In this document: piece by piece, positions 62,967 to 64,000 of the stretch | Layout of the letters: each line of letters opens with the position of its first letter | Position numbering within the stretch: the stretch's first letter is position 1 | Assembly (NCBI GenBank): GCA_003331105.1 | Contig: QEND01000003.1 | Span: 21,540-85,539, forward strand | Length of the DNA stretch: 64,000 nucleotides | Direction: 5' to 3' | DNA from: Candidatus Tokpelaia sp. JSC161 | GTDB lineage: Bacteria > Pseudomonadota > Alphaproteobacteria > Rhizobiales > Rhizobiaceae | Position numbers and translations under genes: made by a program | Notes under the pieces: model-generated | Databases searched by the model: none | Told to the model about the DNA's origin: nothing | The model's input: only the letters and a program-made list of their open reading frames with translations

Positions 62967-63980
62967 TTATTTTCCTCGAATACAGTTGATCATTTGCTCT
63001 ACGTGTTTAATTGGGGTATTCGGCGTGATTCCATGACCAAGATTAAAGATAAATGGTTTCTTTTTTAAAGTTCTGAGGATTGCATGAATTCCTTTATAAA
63101 GAGCATCTCCTCCTGCAACGAGTCGAAGAGGATCGAGGTTCCCCTGTATAATAATCTTATTCTGTAATTTTTTTGCAAAGGATAAAGGAATAGTCCAATC
63201 CAGTCCAAGGACTGTAACCCCTGTTTTTTCTCCGTAATTCTTATAGAAAAGACCCGCTCCCCGCGGAAATCCAATAATAGGGATTCTAGGATGGATTTTC
63301 TTAATTTTATTTATCATCCGACGTACTGGTTGAAGGCAGAGCTTTTCAAAAGATCTTTGATCGACTCCTGAGCAGTTGTCAAATATCTGTAGGATATCAG
63401 CACCAGAGTTCACTTGTTGAATAAGATAATCAGCAGAAATATCTGCTAAATTTTCAAGAAAAATCTGCATAAGATCAGGATGGAAATAAGAAAATAATCG
63501 AGCGGGTCCTTGATCGAATGGACTCTTTCCAGCAATCATGTAACTAGCAACGATCCAGGGAGCTCCACAAAAACCGATGATTGCGGTTTGATCGTCAATT
63601 TTACTTTTCACTTTTTCAATCGTCTCAAAGGAAAAAGAAAGACGTTCCATTGCATGTTTTGTATCTAATTTAATGATTTCTTTCATAGTTATAGGAGGCA
63701 TAATCGGACCACGTTTTTCTTCAAACCGAAGATCTCTTCCTAAAACATAAGGGATAATTAATATATCTGAGAAAATAATAGCAGCATCCAAATGAAATCG
63801 ATGAATTGGTTGTAGTGTTATTTCTGCTGCTAACTCGGGAGTTTGACATAGTTTGAGGAAACTTTCAGCACGTGCTCGTATTTTACGATATTCTGGTAAA
63901 TAGCGCCCAGCCTGGCGCATCATCCAAATAGGTGGGATAGAAAAATTTTCGCCATTGATAACTTTTATTATTTTTTTCAT
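62967..63980 (-). CDS. hemE: Uroporphyrinogen decarboxylase
   Basis: PPIWMMRQAGRYLPEYR, IIFSDIL and FNLGHGI. Confidence 0.92.
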   Translation of the reverse strand: MKKIIKVINGENFSIPPIWMMRQAGRYLPEYRKIRARAESFLKLCQTPELAAEITLQPIHRFHLDAAIIFSDILIIPYVLGRDLRFEEKRGPIMPPITMKEIIKLDTKHAMERLSFSFETIEKVKSKIDDQTAIIGFCGAPWIVASYMIAGKSPFDQGPARLFSYFHPDLMQIFLENLADISADYLIQQVNSGADILQIFDNCSGVDQRSFEKLCLQPVRRMINKIKKIHPRIPIIGFPRGAGLFYKNYGEKTGVTVLGLDWTIPLSFAKKLQNKIIIQGNLDPLRLVAGGDALYKGIHAILRTLKKKPFIFNLGHGITPNTPIKHVEQMINCIRGK

Positions 63981-64000
63981 GCTATCTCTAATAACACTTA

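Overview
This is a 64-kb, very gene-dense stretch of chromosomal core genome from an AT-rich alphaproteobacterium of the order Rhizobiales. Pseudogenes and broken operons suggest it is host-restricted. Gene content looks Bartonella-like: a chvI-chvG (batR-batS)-hprK-EIIA-NPr module, an Omp19-type lipoprotein, an alpha-MIC60 homologue inside a hemC-hemD-X-hemY operon, tkt-gap-pgk, mdh-sucCDAB-lpdA, and the origin-proximal hemE-hemJ-rho-mnmE-mnmG-rsmG cluster. I can support about 65 protein-coding genes, almost all housekeeping. I also support two multi-lesion pseudogenes (htpX, hprK), three tRNAs (Lys-UUU, Gly-CCC, Ser-CGA) and the programmed +1 frameshift site of prfB. I see no transposase, integrase, phage, CRISPR, toxin-antitoxin, restriction, secretion or other defence genes, and no convincing novel multi-gene system. 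The items worth a second look are signs of genome decay and rearrangement. hprK is inactivated inside an otherwise intact regulatory module, and htpX is decayed. murI and rsmI have conserved N-termini that lie upstream of any canonical start codon. Several universally conserved operons are truncated: rsmG lacks parAB, rpsP lacks rimM-trmD-rplS, and rplT lacks pheST. Long homopolymer tracts sit inside coding regions. A 0.5-kb spacer between murI and map is unassigned. All calls come from reading the translations and sequence by eye; no database search was run.
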